A stretch of 32,000 nucleotides of DNA. It comes from Erysipelotrichaceae bacterium MTC7 (lineage in GTDB: Bacteria; Bacillota_I; Bacilli_A; Erysipelotrichales; Erysipelotrichaceae). Both the position numbers and the translations under genes were made by a program. The notes below the pieces were generated by a model. That model searched no databases. It was not told the DNA's origin and worked only from the letters and a program-made list of their open reading frames with translations. Shown here in pieces: positions 7,625 through 16,377 of the stretch. The DNA is taken from positions 1 to 32,000 of the forward strand of contig LVZN01000056.1 of NCBI GenBank assembly GCA_001695645.1, given 5' to 3'. How positions within the stretch are numbered: the stretch's first letter is position 1; every line of letters begins with the position of its first letter.

Positions 7625-9538
7625 TTAATCTTGGTAGTAATAAAGTGTTACAGTAGCTCCATCTTTAATTGATGAACCAGAGTCTGGGCTTTGTTTAATC
7701 ACGGTTTTACTTGGTTTCGAATCACCTTCTGGACGATCAATAACCTCTAACTTTACAGTATATCCAGCACCGCTCAATTCACCTTTTGCAGCTTCGATTT
7801 CCCAGCCGATAACGCTGCGTAAAGCCGATTCACCTTTAGAAACAACAAGTGTTATGGAAGCATTTTTACCAGGTTCTACTAGATCACCTTCTGATAACCC
7901 TTTTTGTTCCATAATGACCCCTACTTCAAAATCAGAAGATTCTTTCTCTTCTACAGTCACAGTAATACCTTGTGCTTCCAACAAAGATTTCACTTCGCTA
8001 ATTTGCTTTCCAACGTAGTTAGTAACCATAAAGTATTTTCCTTTGCTAACGGTAAAGGTTATCGTTTTCTTCTCATTTGGTTTAATCTTTGTTCCTTCTT
8101 TCAGTCCACTTTGCGCTAAAATAATTCCAGCTTCATCATCTTCGGTGTACTGTTCTTCAACTTTTACCGTTATGTTGTTATCTTCAAGTTCGGCTCGTAC
8201 ATCATCAATGTATTTACCAACGTAGTCACCAACGATAAAATAGGTTCCTCCACTAATGGTAATATTGATTTCCGAACCTTTTGCGACTTTAGATCCAGCT
8301 TTCTTCGATTGTTTAAAAACCTCACCTATTTCGATGGATGTATCATCCGTTACTTCTTTTGTTACTTTACCTAACGTAAGTCCAAATTTTTCTAGAACTT
8401 CTTTTGCTTGTTCTTGTTCATATCCTTCTAAGTTTGGCATATCTACATATTCAGTAGGTCCAAAACCATCAATGGCACCAGAGAAATACACACCAGCTGT
8501 CGTCGCTAATGCAAGCAGTACAGCAAGTGCTGCTATGGCAATGATTTTTGTCCGCTTACTGATTTTCTTCTTTGGCTTTTCGGTTGGTTTTTCACTTGTT
8601 TTACCACTAGCACTACCTGGTGTTGTTGCTGTCGCTTTGACAGGACCATCAAAAACGACCGTCCCATCATTTGGTGTATCTTCATCGTAGAAGACAACCT
8701 TATCTACGTTTGCCATTTCAGGTGCTAAGCAAACCTCCAAATCAAACAACATATCATTTGCTGTTGCATAACGATGTTTTTTGTTTTTTGCAGTTGCGCG
8801 AATAATGATATTTTCAACACTTTGCGGTATTTTCTTATTAAAATCGCGAACGCTAGGTAAGTCTTCACGCATGTGTTTCATTGCAATTTGTACTGGATTG
8901 TCCCCATTGAATGGTACATCTCCGGTCAATAATTCATAAAATACAATACCCAATGAATAAATATCCGTTTGTACAGTAGCAAGTTCGCCACGCGTTGTCT
9001 CAGGTGCAATGTAATGTGCACTTCCTAAGACAGAATCACTTTGTGTTAATTGAACCGCATCATGTGCGAGTGCAATTCCAAAATCGGTAATCTTTACCGT
9101 TCCATCATCTTTAACCAAAACGTTTTGTGGTTTGATATCACGATGAATAATATTGTTTTCATGTGCGTGTGCAACTGCACTTGTTAGTTGTTTCATAATG
9201 GAAACTGCTTCATCTACAGGTAAGGCACCACGTTGACGAATCAATTGTTTTAAAGTTTTTCCACGAACGTATTCCATAACGATATAACTACGTCCATCAT
9301 ATTCTCCAACATCATAAACTTCTACGACATTGGGGTGGTGTAATTTACTTGTTGCACTTGCTTCTCTTTGAAAGCGTACCAAAGCAACAGGATCTTTACC
9401 TGCATCACCACGTAAAACTTTTATTGCGACTTCACGATTTAGGATGGTATCAATAGCTAAAAATACATCAGCCATTCCTCCCGATCCTATGGAAGATACT
9501 ATCATATAGCGATTGGCAATCATTTTCTGTTCGTTCAT
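7625..9538 (-). CDS. prkC: Ser/Thr protein kinase with four extracellular PASTA repeats
   Basis: Hanks kinase motifs (GSGGMADV, VAIK, HRDIKPQN, DFGIA, SAHYIAPE), one TM helix (IIAIAALAVLLALATTAGVYF), then four ~65-70 aa PASTA-like repeats. Confidence 0.95.
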   Translation of the reverse strand: MNEQKMIANRYMIVSSIGSGGMADVFLAIDTILNREVAIKVLRGDAGKDPVALVRFQREASATSKLHHPNVVEVYDVGEYDGRSYIVMEYVRGKTLKQLIRQRGALPVDEAVSIMKQLTSAVAHAHENNIIHRDIKPQNVLVKDDGTVKITDFGIALAHDAVQLTQSDSVLGSAHYIAPETTRGELATVQTDIYSLGIVFYELLTGDVPFNGDNPVQIAMKHMREDLPSVRDFNKKIPQSVENIIIRATAKNKKHRYATANDMLFDLEVCLAPEMANVDKVVFYDEDTPNDGTVVFDGPVKATATTPGSASGKTSEKPTEKPKKKISKRTKIIAIAALAVLLALATTAGVYFSGAIDGFGPTEYVDMPNLEGYEQEQAKEVLEKFGLTLGKVTKEVTDDTSIEIGEVFKQSKKAGSKVAKGSEINITISGGTYFIVGDYVGKYIDDVRAELEDNNITVKVEEQYTEDDEAGIILAQSGLKEGTKIKPNEKKTITFTVSKGKYFMVTNYVGKQISEVKSLLEAQGITVTVEEKESSDFEVGVIMEQKGLSEGDLVEPGKNASITLVVSKGESALRSVIGWEIEAAKGELSGAGYTVKLEVIDRPEGDSKPSKTVIKQSPDSGSSIKDGATVTLYYYQD

Positions 9539-10275
9539 TAAGCGCCCTCCTTTTCAGCAACTATGACGGTTACATTATCATAACCACCAGTTTCATTACT
9601 TGCGCGAACCAGTTCATGAACTTTATCTTCAACCGAAACATCTTGTTGCAAGATACTTTGAATCAGCGCAGCAGAGACAAATCCATGGAGACCATCACTA
9701 GAGACCATGATGATCTGATAATTGTTTTTAATCTTATTAATTGAGGGGTCAACTTTATTCCAAACCCCAAGTGCTCGAGTTAACATACTTCCTTTTGGAT
9801 GGGCACTTGCCTGTGAAGCACTCACTTCACCTGCTTGTACCAAATCACTAGCAAGGTTATGATCTTCTGTTAATGCAATAAGTTCCCCATCATATAGGGC
9901 ATAAACACGAGAATCTCCACAGTGGAAGATAAATGTTTCGTTTTGCGAAAATAGTACACCAGCGACTGTGGTTCCCATTCCTTTGTATTCCAATTTTGCA
10001 CTACTGGCACGGAAGACTTCATCGTTTGCTTTTTCCACTGCATAACGCAACCAGTCTTTGATTTGGCTTACACTTTTTGTTGGTTTTTTTTGTTCAAATT
10101 CTTTGGCGATTGTTTCCTTTGCCATAAAACTTGCAACATCTCCAGCATTTCCGCCACCGATACCATCACAGACGATCATGATTGATTCTTGATTTGCATT
10201 TGTCCCATAGTACAAACTGTCTTGATTCATTTTTCGAACCTTTCCACGATCCGTCATACCATACATCCGTATCAT
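9538..10275 (-). CDS. prpC: PP2C-family Ser/Thr phosphatase
   Basis: MTDRGKVRKMNQDS, CDGIGG and DNVTVIV motifs. It overlaps the prkC start by 1 nt (TAATG) and the rlmN stop by 4 nt. Confidence 0.92.
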   Translation of the reverse strand: MIRMYGMTDRGKVRKMNQDSLYYGTNANQESIMIVCDGIGGGNAGDVASFMAKETIAKEFEQKKPTKSVSQIKDWLRYAVEKANDEVFRASSAKLEYKGMGTTVAGVLFSQNETFIFHCGDSRVYALYDGELIALTEDHNLASDLVQAGEVSASQASAHPKGSMLTRALGVWNKVDPSINKIKNNYQIIMVSSDGLHGFVSAALIQSILQQDVSVEDKVHELVRASNETGGYDNVTVIVAEKEGA

Positions 10276-11318
10276 TGCTTACCCTCTTTCATTTCATTTG
10301 CTCTAAGTTGTCCACAAGCAGCATCAATATCCCCACCATGCTCCTTGCGAATCGTACAGCGTACCCCTAATTTCATTAGTTCATCATAAAATTTCATTGC
10401 ATGCTCGCGATCCACACCTTTAAACCCTTGTTCATCGACACTGTTGTAGGGAATCAAATTCATATAGTAATGATGTCCTTTCAACAATTTTGCAAGTTGT
10501 TTTGCATGTTCTTTTCCATCGTTAACACCTTTCAAAAGTATGTATTCAAACGTCAATCGACGATTGTTGTACGTTTCATACACATCGAGTGCTTCCATTA
10601 AGCGCTCCAGTGGATATGCCTTATTGATTGGCATCAATTTGCTTCGCAGTTCATTGTTTGGTGCATGCAAACTAATCGCTAAATTATACTGTTTTTGTTC
10701 TTTGGCAAATCGTTCGATCATCGGCACAATTCCACAAGTACTAATTGTGATATGTCTTGCACCAATGGCCAATCCATTATCATCGTTCATGATACTTAGA
10801 AATTTCATCACATTGTCATAGTTGTCAAATGGCTCTCCAGTTCCCATCACAACAATATGGCTCACGCGATCTTCATCCGCATCTAGCTCGCGTTGCACAT
10901 ACATAATTTGATCCACCATCTCAGCTGTTGTTAAGTTTCTTTGTTTTTTTAGAAGTCCACTTGCACAAAAAGCACAAGCCATATTACATCCAACTTGTGT
11001 TGTGACACATACGCTTTTTCCATAATCAAAACTCATAAGTACAGTTTCAATCAAAGCATCGTCTGCAAGTGCAAACAAGTACTTTCTTGTTCCATCTTTT
11101 GACACTTGTTTTTTCACAAGTCGCAAATTGGAAATACTGTATTGATCATCGAGAATTTGGCGTGATTCTTTATTTATATCGCTCATTGCATCAAAGCTCG
11201 TTACATGTTCACGATAAAGCCAGCGGAAAATTTGTTTTCCTCTAAACGGTTTCCATCCATGTTCCTTTGCCATTTCCTGCATATCTTGCGCATCGAAATT
11301 GTAAATACTATCTTTCAT
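10272..11318 (-). CDS. rlmN: 23S rRNA/tRNA (adenine-C2)-methyltransferase RlmN, radical SAM
   Basis: 348 aa with FRGKQIFRWLY, the radical-SAM cluster motif GCNMACAFCASG, and the C-terminal DIDAACGQL. Confidence 0.95.
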   Translation of the reverse strand: MKDSIYNFDAQDMQEMAKEHGWKPFRGKQIFRWLYREHVTSFDAMSDINKESRQILDDQYSISNLRLVKKQVSKDGTRKYLFALADDALIETVLMSFDYGKSVCVTTQVGCNMACAFCASGLLKKQRNLTTAEMVDQIMYVQRELDADEDRVSHIVVMGTGEPFDNYDNVMKFLSIMNDDNGLAIGARHITISTCGIVPMIERFAKEQKQYNLAISLHAPNNELRSKLMPINKAYPLERLMEALDVYETYNNRRLTFEYILLKGVNDGKEHAKQLAKLLKGHHYYMNLIPYNSVDEQGFKGVDREHAMKFYDELMKLGVRCTIRKEHGGDIDAACGQLRANEMKEGKQ

Positions 11319-11325
11319 ATATTTT

Positions 11326-11334
11326 AGTATACCA
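11326..11334 (-). promoter_or_regulatory. Candidate extended -10 element (TGgTATACT) 7 nt upstream of the rlmN ATG
   Basis: Minus strand reads agTGgTATACT-aaaatat-ATG. No SD-like purine run lies within 5-12 nt of the ATG. A perfect TATAAT also lies about 20 nt further upstream. Confidence 0.3.
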
Positions 11335-11360
11335 CTCTTTCCAATCGATATTATAGTCGA

Positions 11361-12614
11361 TTACTGTTCTACTTTTTGTAGTTTGCAAATGAAAAATCCA
11401 TCACTATCGTATTCGAATGGAAAAATCGTTTGTTCCGAAATGATTTCCATATCCGGGTGCTGTTCAACAAATGCTTTTATTTGCAATTCGTTTTCTTTTT
11501 TATTTAACGTACATGTTGAATATACCATTTCACCATTTGGTTGTAGTAATTTATACGCTTCATTTAAGATTCCTTTTTGGATTTTAATAATGCCATCCAT
11601 GTCTTCAGGTTCCATAAACATCTTAATTTCATTTTTTCGTTTTAACGTTCCATACCCACTGCATGGAGCATCCACTAAAATTTTACTAAACGTATTTGGT
11701 TCAAAATGTTTACTTGCCTCTGTAGCATCCATCACTTGATAATCCACATTGATACAACCCAAACGTCGCATGGTCGCTTTTACCAACTCTAAACGATGTG
11801 GATGAATATCCGTTGCGATGATTTTTCCACGGTTTTTCATTAACGTTGCCATGTGTCCAGTTTTACTTCCAGGTGCACTACACATATCCAACACCAAATC
11901 ATTTTCTGTTGGATGTAAAGTTAATCCAACTAGTTGACTTGCTTCATCTTGTACACTTGTTCTTCCATATTTAAAATCTTCGGTTGCTGCAATGCTTCCT
12001 TTTTTAAAGTACAAAGCCACTGGTGAAAGATTTCCTTCCGTGTACTGTTCGCTTTTTAACAGTTCTTCCTTTGAACTTTTAATCGTATTTACACGAACGG
12101 TTTGGTTTGGAATATGAAGCGAATCCTCGCATAGTTTAATCGTCGTTTCCATACCATACTGTTTTGCCCACATTCGAACAATCCATGTTGGAAATGACGT
12201 GCGAATCGCAAGTTGTTCAAAGTCATCACCATCTACACTTCGTTTTCCTTTACGTTGAACTTGTCGTAAAATGGCATTTACAAAACCAGCATACTTACCT
12301 TCATATTTACCCTTGGCAATTTCTACGGCATCATCGATGATGGCAAAATCAGGAATACGATCCAAAAAAAACATTTGATACACACTCATGTCGAGCAGTA
12401 ACTTAATTTCTCGTTTGACCGGTTTTTCGGTATAGTCTTTCCATTGGTAGTTGATAAAACGATAGTTTTGTAGAGTTCCATATACAATGTTGGAAATCAA
12501 TGCTTTGTCACGTTCATCAAAACCGACAAGTTCTTTCTTTAATAATAAATTACTGTATTTACCATAAATGGCAATTTCAATTAACAGTTCAAATGCTTTT
12601 TTTCTTACGCTCAT
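11361..12614 (-). CDS. rsmB: 16S rRNA (cytosine967-C5)-methyltransferase RsmB (Sun)
   Basis: NusB-like N-terminal domain plus a SAM methyltransferase with DMCSAPGSKT and DAPCSGYGT. Start set at ATG 12614 (GAGGGTGG SD), not the track start at 12677. Confidence 0.9.
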   Translation of the reverse strand: MSVRKKAFELLIEIAIYGKYSNLLLKKELVGFDERDKALISNIVYGTLQNYRFINYQWKDYTEKPVKREIKLLLDMSVYQMFFLDRIPDFAIIDDAVEIAKGKYEGKYAGFVNAILRQVQRKGKRSVDGDDFEQLAIRTSFPTWIVRMWAKQYGMETTIKLCEDSLHIPNQTVRVNTIKSSKEELLKSEQYTEGNLSPVALYFKKGSIAATEDFKYGRTSVQDEASQLVGLTLHPTENDLVLDMCSAPGSKTGHMATLMKNRGKIIATDIHPHRLELVKATMRRLGCINVDYQVMDATEASKHFEPNTFSKILVDAPCSGYGTLKRKNEIKMFMEPEDMDGIIKIQKGILNEAYKLLQPNGEMVYSTCTLNKKENELQIKAFVEQHPDMEIISEQTIFPFEYDSDGFFICKLQKVEQ

Positions 12615-12665
12615 AGCCACCCTCATCCCGTAGGATTTGCCTTTCGTTTTTTTCTTCATTATCAT

Positions 12666-12688
12666 ACCATAAAACATGGTTTTATGGT
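12666..12688 (-). other. Perfect 10-bp stem-loop without a U-tract in the priA-rsmB spacer
   Basis: ACCATAAAAC-ATG-GTTTTATGGT. No T-run follows on either strand. Confidence 0.5.
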
Positions 12689-12706
12689 TACTTCTCTGAT
12701 GCTAGT

Positions 12707-14872
12707 TTACTCTAGAAATAGTGGATTGATATCAATCTCGAGCTTGCTTTTACACTTTTTTTGCAACAAGTTCTCTTTGATGCTATGCACCGCTTGCAAA
12801 AGCTCAGTAAAACTTGCACATCGCAAGATTTTTCGCACACGCATAATATCTTTGCGCTTGCTTAATTCTACTGCTCTTAGATGCTTTACCTTTGGATAGG
12901 CAAAATCCTCAAAACAGGCTTCGATATCTTGATGCAATTTTTCTACATCTTCACCAGTAAACACCAAGCTTGCTAAATAGGTATATGGTGGATACTTTCC
13001 TAAATGGCGGAACTGCATCTCTTTTTTAAAGAAGGTATCATAATCTTGATTTTTTGCACAAGTAATCGCATAATGATCGGTCTGGTAAGCTTGTAAAATC
13101 ACTTCTCCAACTTTATCACCGCGACCACTACGACCACTGGCCTGCACAAGCAAATCAAAGGTTAACTCCACACTTCGAAAATCTTCTCGTTGCAAACTTG
13201 CATCTGCATTAACAATCCCAACCAGTGTTACGTTTGGAATATCAAGACCTTTGGCGATCATCTGTGTTCCTACCAAAATATCATATTCATGTTGTTCAAA
13301 TTCACGCAGTACTTTTTCATGCATATCTTTACGTCGCATCGTATCTTGATCCATTCGTACGACACGTGCTTGTGGGAACAGTTCATCCACATATTCTTCT
13401 AGTTTTTGTGTACCAAAGCCGGTCGTTTGAATATTCTTACTTCCACAGCTCGAACATACAAAATACGCCGGTTCTTGATACTCACAATAGTGACAAACCA
13501 AGCGATTGCTTTGTTTATGATAGTTTAATGTAAGATCACAGTGCGGACATTTCTTCACTTCTCCACAGTCTAAACAACGCAATACTGGTGAATATCCGCG
13601 ACGATTCAGCAGCAAAATCACTTGTTCTTTTTTTTCCAACCGTTCATAAATCGCATTCTTTAGTTGTACGGAAAGCAAGGCATCACGATCTTTTTTCATA
13701 TTTTCTTTCATATCGACCACATGCACGACTGGCATGTTTTTATAAATACGGTTTTTCAGTTCCAACAATTGATAAACACCTTTATATGCTCTTGCATACG
13801 ATTCCAGTGATGGTGTCGCACTTGCTAAAACGATAGGAGAATCATGAATGCGCGCACGTTCAATGGCAATGTCACGACAATGATAACGTGGTTGACTATC
13901 CTGTTTATAACTGGTGTCATGTTCTTCATCCAAAACAATTAGTCCCAGTGCATCAAATGGCATAAATACCGCACTTCTTGTACCTACCACAATTTGCACT
14001 TTCTTCTCTTTCACCAGTTTGTATTGTTCGTACTTTTCTTGGTTGTTTAACGATGAATGATAAATGGCAACACTTTGACCGAAGCGGCACGTCACACGTT
14101 CCACCATTTGTGCGGTCAAACCAATTTCAGGAACTAAGATTAACACCTGTTTACCACTTGCTAAAACCTCGCTTGCTAACTGTAAAAAGATTTCCGTTTT
14201 TCCACTACCAGTCACTCCATGCAACAAATGCACATGGTGCCCAGAATAGGCTTTAATTTGATCCATAGCTGCTTGCTGTTCTGGTTGTAAATCAAAATGC
14301 TCACATACCAACTGCAAATCATCAACCTGTGCACGTCGTTCTTCTTCTTGTAATTCGACAATTCCTAATTCAATAAAACGTTGCAAACAACTAAATTTCT
14401 TATTGAATTCTTGTCGCAAAACCTTCGGTTGTGCTTGTAAATAGACGATGGCTTCTTGTTGCTTTGCACCTTTTACTGACTTTATTTCCTTTAATACAAC
14501 ATAGGTTTCTTTACGTACATGTTGTGTGCTTGTTTTGGGTTTAAGTTTACTTGGTAACATCGCTTGGAAACAACTCATTAAACTAGCCACACAGTTATTT
14601 GCCATAAAACGTGCCAGGTGAAATGCTTCTTCATTCAACAACACTTCATCATCGATAACTTCCATAATGGATTGCACCTTATAAGGGCGTGCTTCTAGTT
14701 CCGCTGTTGACATTTCATACACACGATTCACAATACCAACTACTTTGCGACCAGCAAAAAACACATGCACACGCATACCTTTTTTTACTTCCACGTTTGT
14801 TGCTTTGTATAGAAAACTTTGATCTACAGCCATCGCTGTATATTCAATGTATATATCTGCTACTTTTTCCAT
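12707..14872 (-). CDS. priA: Primosomal replication restart helicase PriA
   Basis: 721 aa with Walker A GVTGSGKTE, DEEH, and Cys-rich zinc motifs CLDCGEVKKCPHCDLTLNYH...CHYCEY...CSSCGS. Confidence 0.93.
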   Translation of the reverse strand: MEKVADIYIEYTAMAVDQSFLYKATNVEVKKGMRVHVFFAGRKVVGIVNRVYEMSTAELEARPYKVQSIMEVIDDEVLLNEEAFHLARFMANNCVASLMSCFQAMLPSKLKPKTSTQHVRKETYVVLKEIKSVKGAKQQEAIVYLQAQPKVLRQEFNKKFSCLQRFIELGIVELQEEERRAQVDDLQLVCEHFDLQPEQQAAMDQIKAYSGHHVHLLHGVTGSGKTEIFLQLASEVLASGKQVLILVPEIGLTAQMVERVTCRFGQSVAIYHSSLNNQEKYEQYKLVKEKKVQIVVGTRSAVFMPFDALGLIVLDEEHDTSYKQDSQPRYHCRDIAIERARIHDSPIVLASATPSLESYARAYKGVYQLLELKNRIYKNMPVVHVVDMKENMKKDRDALLSVQLKNAIYERLEKKEQVILLLNRRGYSPVLRCLDCGEVKKCPHCDLTLNYHKQSNRLVCHYCEYQEPAYFVCSSCGSKNIQTTGFGTQKLEEYVDELFPQARVVRMDQDTMRRKDMHEKVLREFEQHEYDILVGTQMIAKGLDIPNVTLVGIVNADASLQREDFRSVELTFDLLVQASGRSGRGDKVGEVILQAYQTDHYAITCAKNQDYDTFFKKEMQFRHLGKYPPYTYLASLVFTGEDVEKLHQDIEACFEDFAYPKVKHLRAVELSKRKDIMRVRKILRCASFTELLQAVHSIKENLLQKKCKSKLEIDINPLFLE

Positions 14873-14878
14873 GGAATT

Positions 14879-14887
14879 ATCTTACCA
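14879..14887 (-). promoter_or_regulatory. Candidate extended -10 element (TGgTAAGAT) 6 nt upstream of the priA ATG
   Basis: Minus strand reads tttttttaTGgTAAGAT-aattcc-ATG, directly after the SPFH terminator. There is no convincing SD. Confidence 0.3.
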
Positions 14888-14920
14888 TAAAAAAAGAAGA
14901 ATAGACGATTCTATTCTTCT
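14888..14920 (-). terminator. Rho-independent terminator of the nfeD-SPFH operon
   Basis: AGAAGAATAG (14895..14904) pairs with CTATTCTTCT (14911..14920) around a 6-nt loop. The stem includes the TAG stop and is followed by T7 on the minus strand. Confidence 0.8.
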
Positions 14921-15846
14921 GCGTTTGTATTTGATACAACTTCTTTTAAACTTGCAGCCAATCCAGTTAGTTTTTGAATTTCACTTGGAATGATCAATTT
15001 TGTTGATTTACCGTTTGCGACTTTAGCAAGTGCTTCAAGTTCTTTAATTTTTACAGTTGCTGCATTTACATCAGCTTTCGATAATGCACTAAGCCCATCA
15101 GCAGTGGCTTGTTGAACTTCACGAATGGCTTTTGCTTGCCCTTCTGCTTCTAGAACCATCGCTGCTTGACGTCCTTCTGCTTCACGAATCTGACGTTCTT
15201 TAAATGCTTCGGCTTGTAGAATGGTACTTTCTTTTTCCCCTTCGGCAATAAGAATTTGACTTTTCTTTTTACCTTCCGCTTGTAAGATTGCTTCACGACG
15301 TTCACGTTCAGCTTTCATTTGTTTTTCCATAGCATCTTGAATCTCACGCGGAGGCAAGATGTTTTTTACTTCCACACGGTTGACTTTAATTCCCCATTTG
15401 TCTGTTGCTTCATCAAGAATTGCACGCATTTGCGTATTGATAACATCACGACTTGTTAGTGTTGCATCTAAATCCAATTCCCCAATTAAGTTACGCAGCG
15501 TTGTGGCTGTTAAGTTTTCCACAGCCATCATTGGGTTGGTAACCCCATATGCATATAACTTTGAATCCGTAACTTGAAAGTATACGACCGTATCGATTTG
15601 CATCGTTACGTTATCTTTTGTAATTACAGGTTGTGGAGGAAAATCTACCACATGTTCTTTCAATGAAATCTTTTTTGCGACACGTTCGATTAACGGAACC
15701 AAAAAGTGTAGTCCAGTTCCCCAAGTCACACGATATGCTCCCAAACGTTCAATAACGTAAGATTCGGATTGTTTGACCACGCGAACGTGAGCTCCAACCA
15801 AAGCAAGCACAACAATTAAAAATACTAATATTACGATAATTTCCAT
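14911..15846 (-). CDS. SPFH/band-7 (stomatin-like) membrane protein
   Basis: 311 aa with an N-terminal TM helix, an SPFH core (VVKQSESYVIERLGAY...ITKDNVTMQIDTVVYFQVTD...) and an EA-rich coiled-coil C-terminus. The partner nfeD lies immediately upstream. Confidence 0.9.
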   Translation of the reverse strand: MEIIVILVFLIVVLALVGAHVRVVKQSESYVIERLGAYRVTWGTGLHFLVPLIERVAKKISLKEHVVDFPPQPVITKDNVTMQIDTVVYFQVTDSKLYAYGVTNPMMAVENLTATTLRNLIGELDLDATLTSRDVINTQMRAILDEATDKWGIKVNRVEVKNILPPREIQDAMEKQMKAERERREAILQAEGKKKSQILIAEGEKESTILQAEAFKERQIREAEGRQAAMVLEAEGQAKAIREVQQATADGLSALSKADVNAATVKIKELEALAKVANGKSTKLIIPSEIQKLTGLAASLKEVVSNTNAEE

Positions 15847-15847
15847 T

Positions 15848-16285
15848 TTATTTCTTCTCCTTATTCACGAGTACGGTGACTCCTTTTATTGCATGCACAT
15901 ACACTTCATCATCTTTTTTCAAAGGATGATGTCCAATGTTTTTTGCCGCCCAATCAACACCTTCCAATTGCACCCTACCTTCATTAGTCAGTTCACTAAA
16001 GTCTTGTAAAACAATTGCTTTTTTTCCAAGAATTTCATCAACGTTCGTTTTGATTAGGTTCGGTTTGATTTTCTTCAAGGCATATGGTCTTAGCAAAAGT
16101 AGCGTCACTACGGAAACGAGTAAAAACGCAACAAGCTGCCCTGTAAAGTCAATGCCAAATAGACTAAGTATGACACAAACCAAACTGCCAGCTGCAAACC
16201 AAATGGCGACAAGTTGTAACGATGCTGCTTCAATTGCACATATCACAAAGAAAGCAATCATCCACCCTATTACGTATGATTCCAT
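15848..16285 (-). CDS. NfeD-family membrane protein (short form with C-terminal OB fold)
   Basis: Three predicted TM helices followed by GKKAIVLQ...GRVQLEGVDWAAK...VYVHAIKGVTVLV. Start set at ATG 16285 (AGGAGG SD). The stop is 1 nt before the SPFH start. Confidence 0.85.
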   Translation of the reverse strand: MESYVIGWMIAFFVICAIEAASLQLVAIWFAAGSLVCVILSLFGIDFTGQLVAFLLVSVVTLLLLRPYALKKIKPNLIKTNVDEILGKKAIVLQDFSELTNEGRVQLEGVDWAAKNIGHHPLKKDDEVYVHAIKGVTVLVNKEKK

Positions 16286-16332
16286 ATGAAACCTCCTGTC
16301 TTTATTGTAGACCATTATGTATCAAAAGTATA

Positions 16333-16369
16333 GAAAAAACGTGGAAGCACCTTGTTTGATACGCCACGT
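16333..16369 (-). terminator. Probable terminator after gltD
   Basis: Minus-strand ACGTGG ... CCACGT (19-nt loop) followed by TTTTTT. The large loop lowers confidence. Confidence 0.5.
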
Positions 16370-16377
16370 ATTTTTGT

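Noticed and set aside
14911-16285. nfeD-SPFH pair as a possible defence or conflict module
   Set aside because: This is the canonical, widespread two-gene NfeD/stomatin operon. It has no additional effector, nuclease or ATPase neighbours, and its flanks are housekeeping genes.
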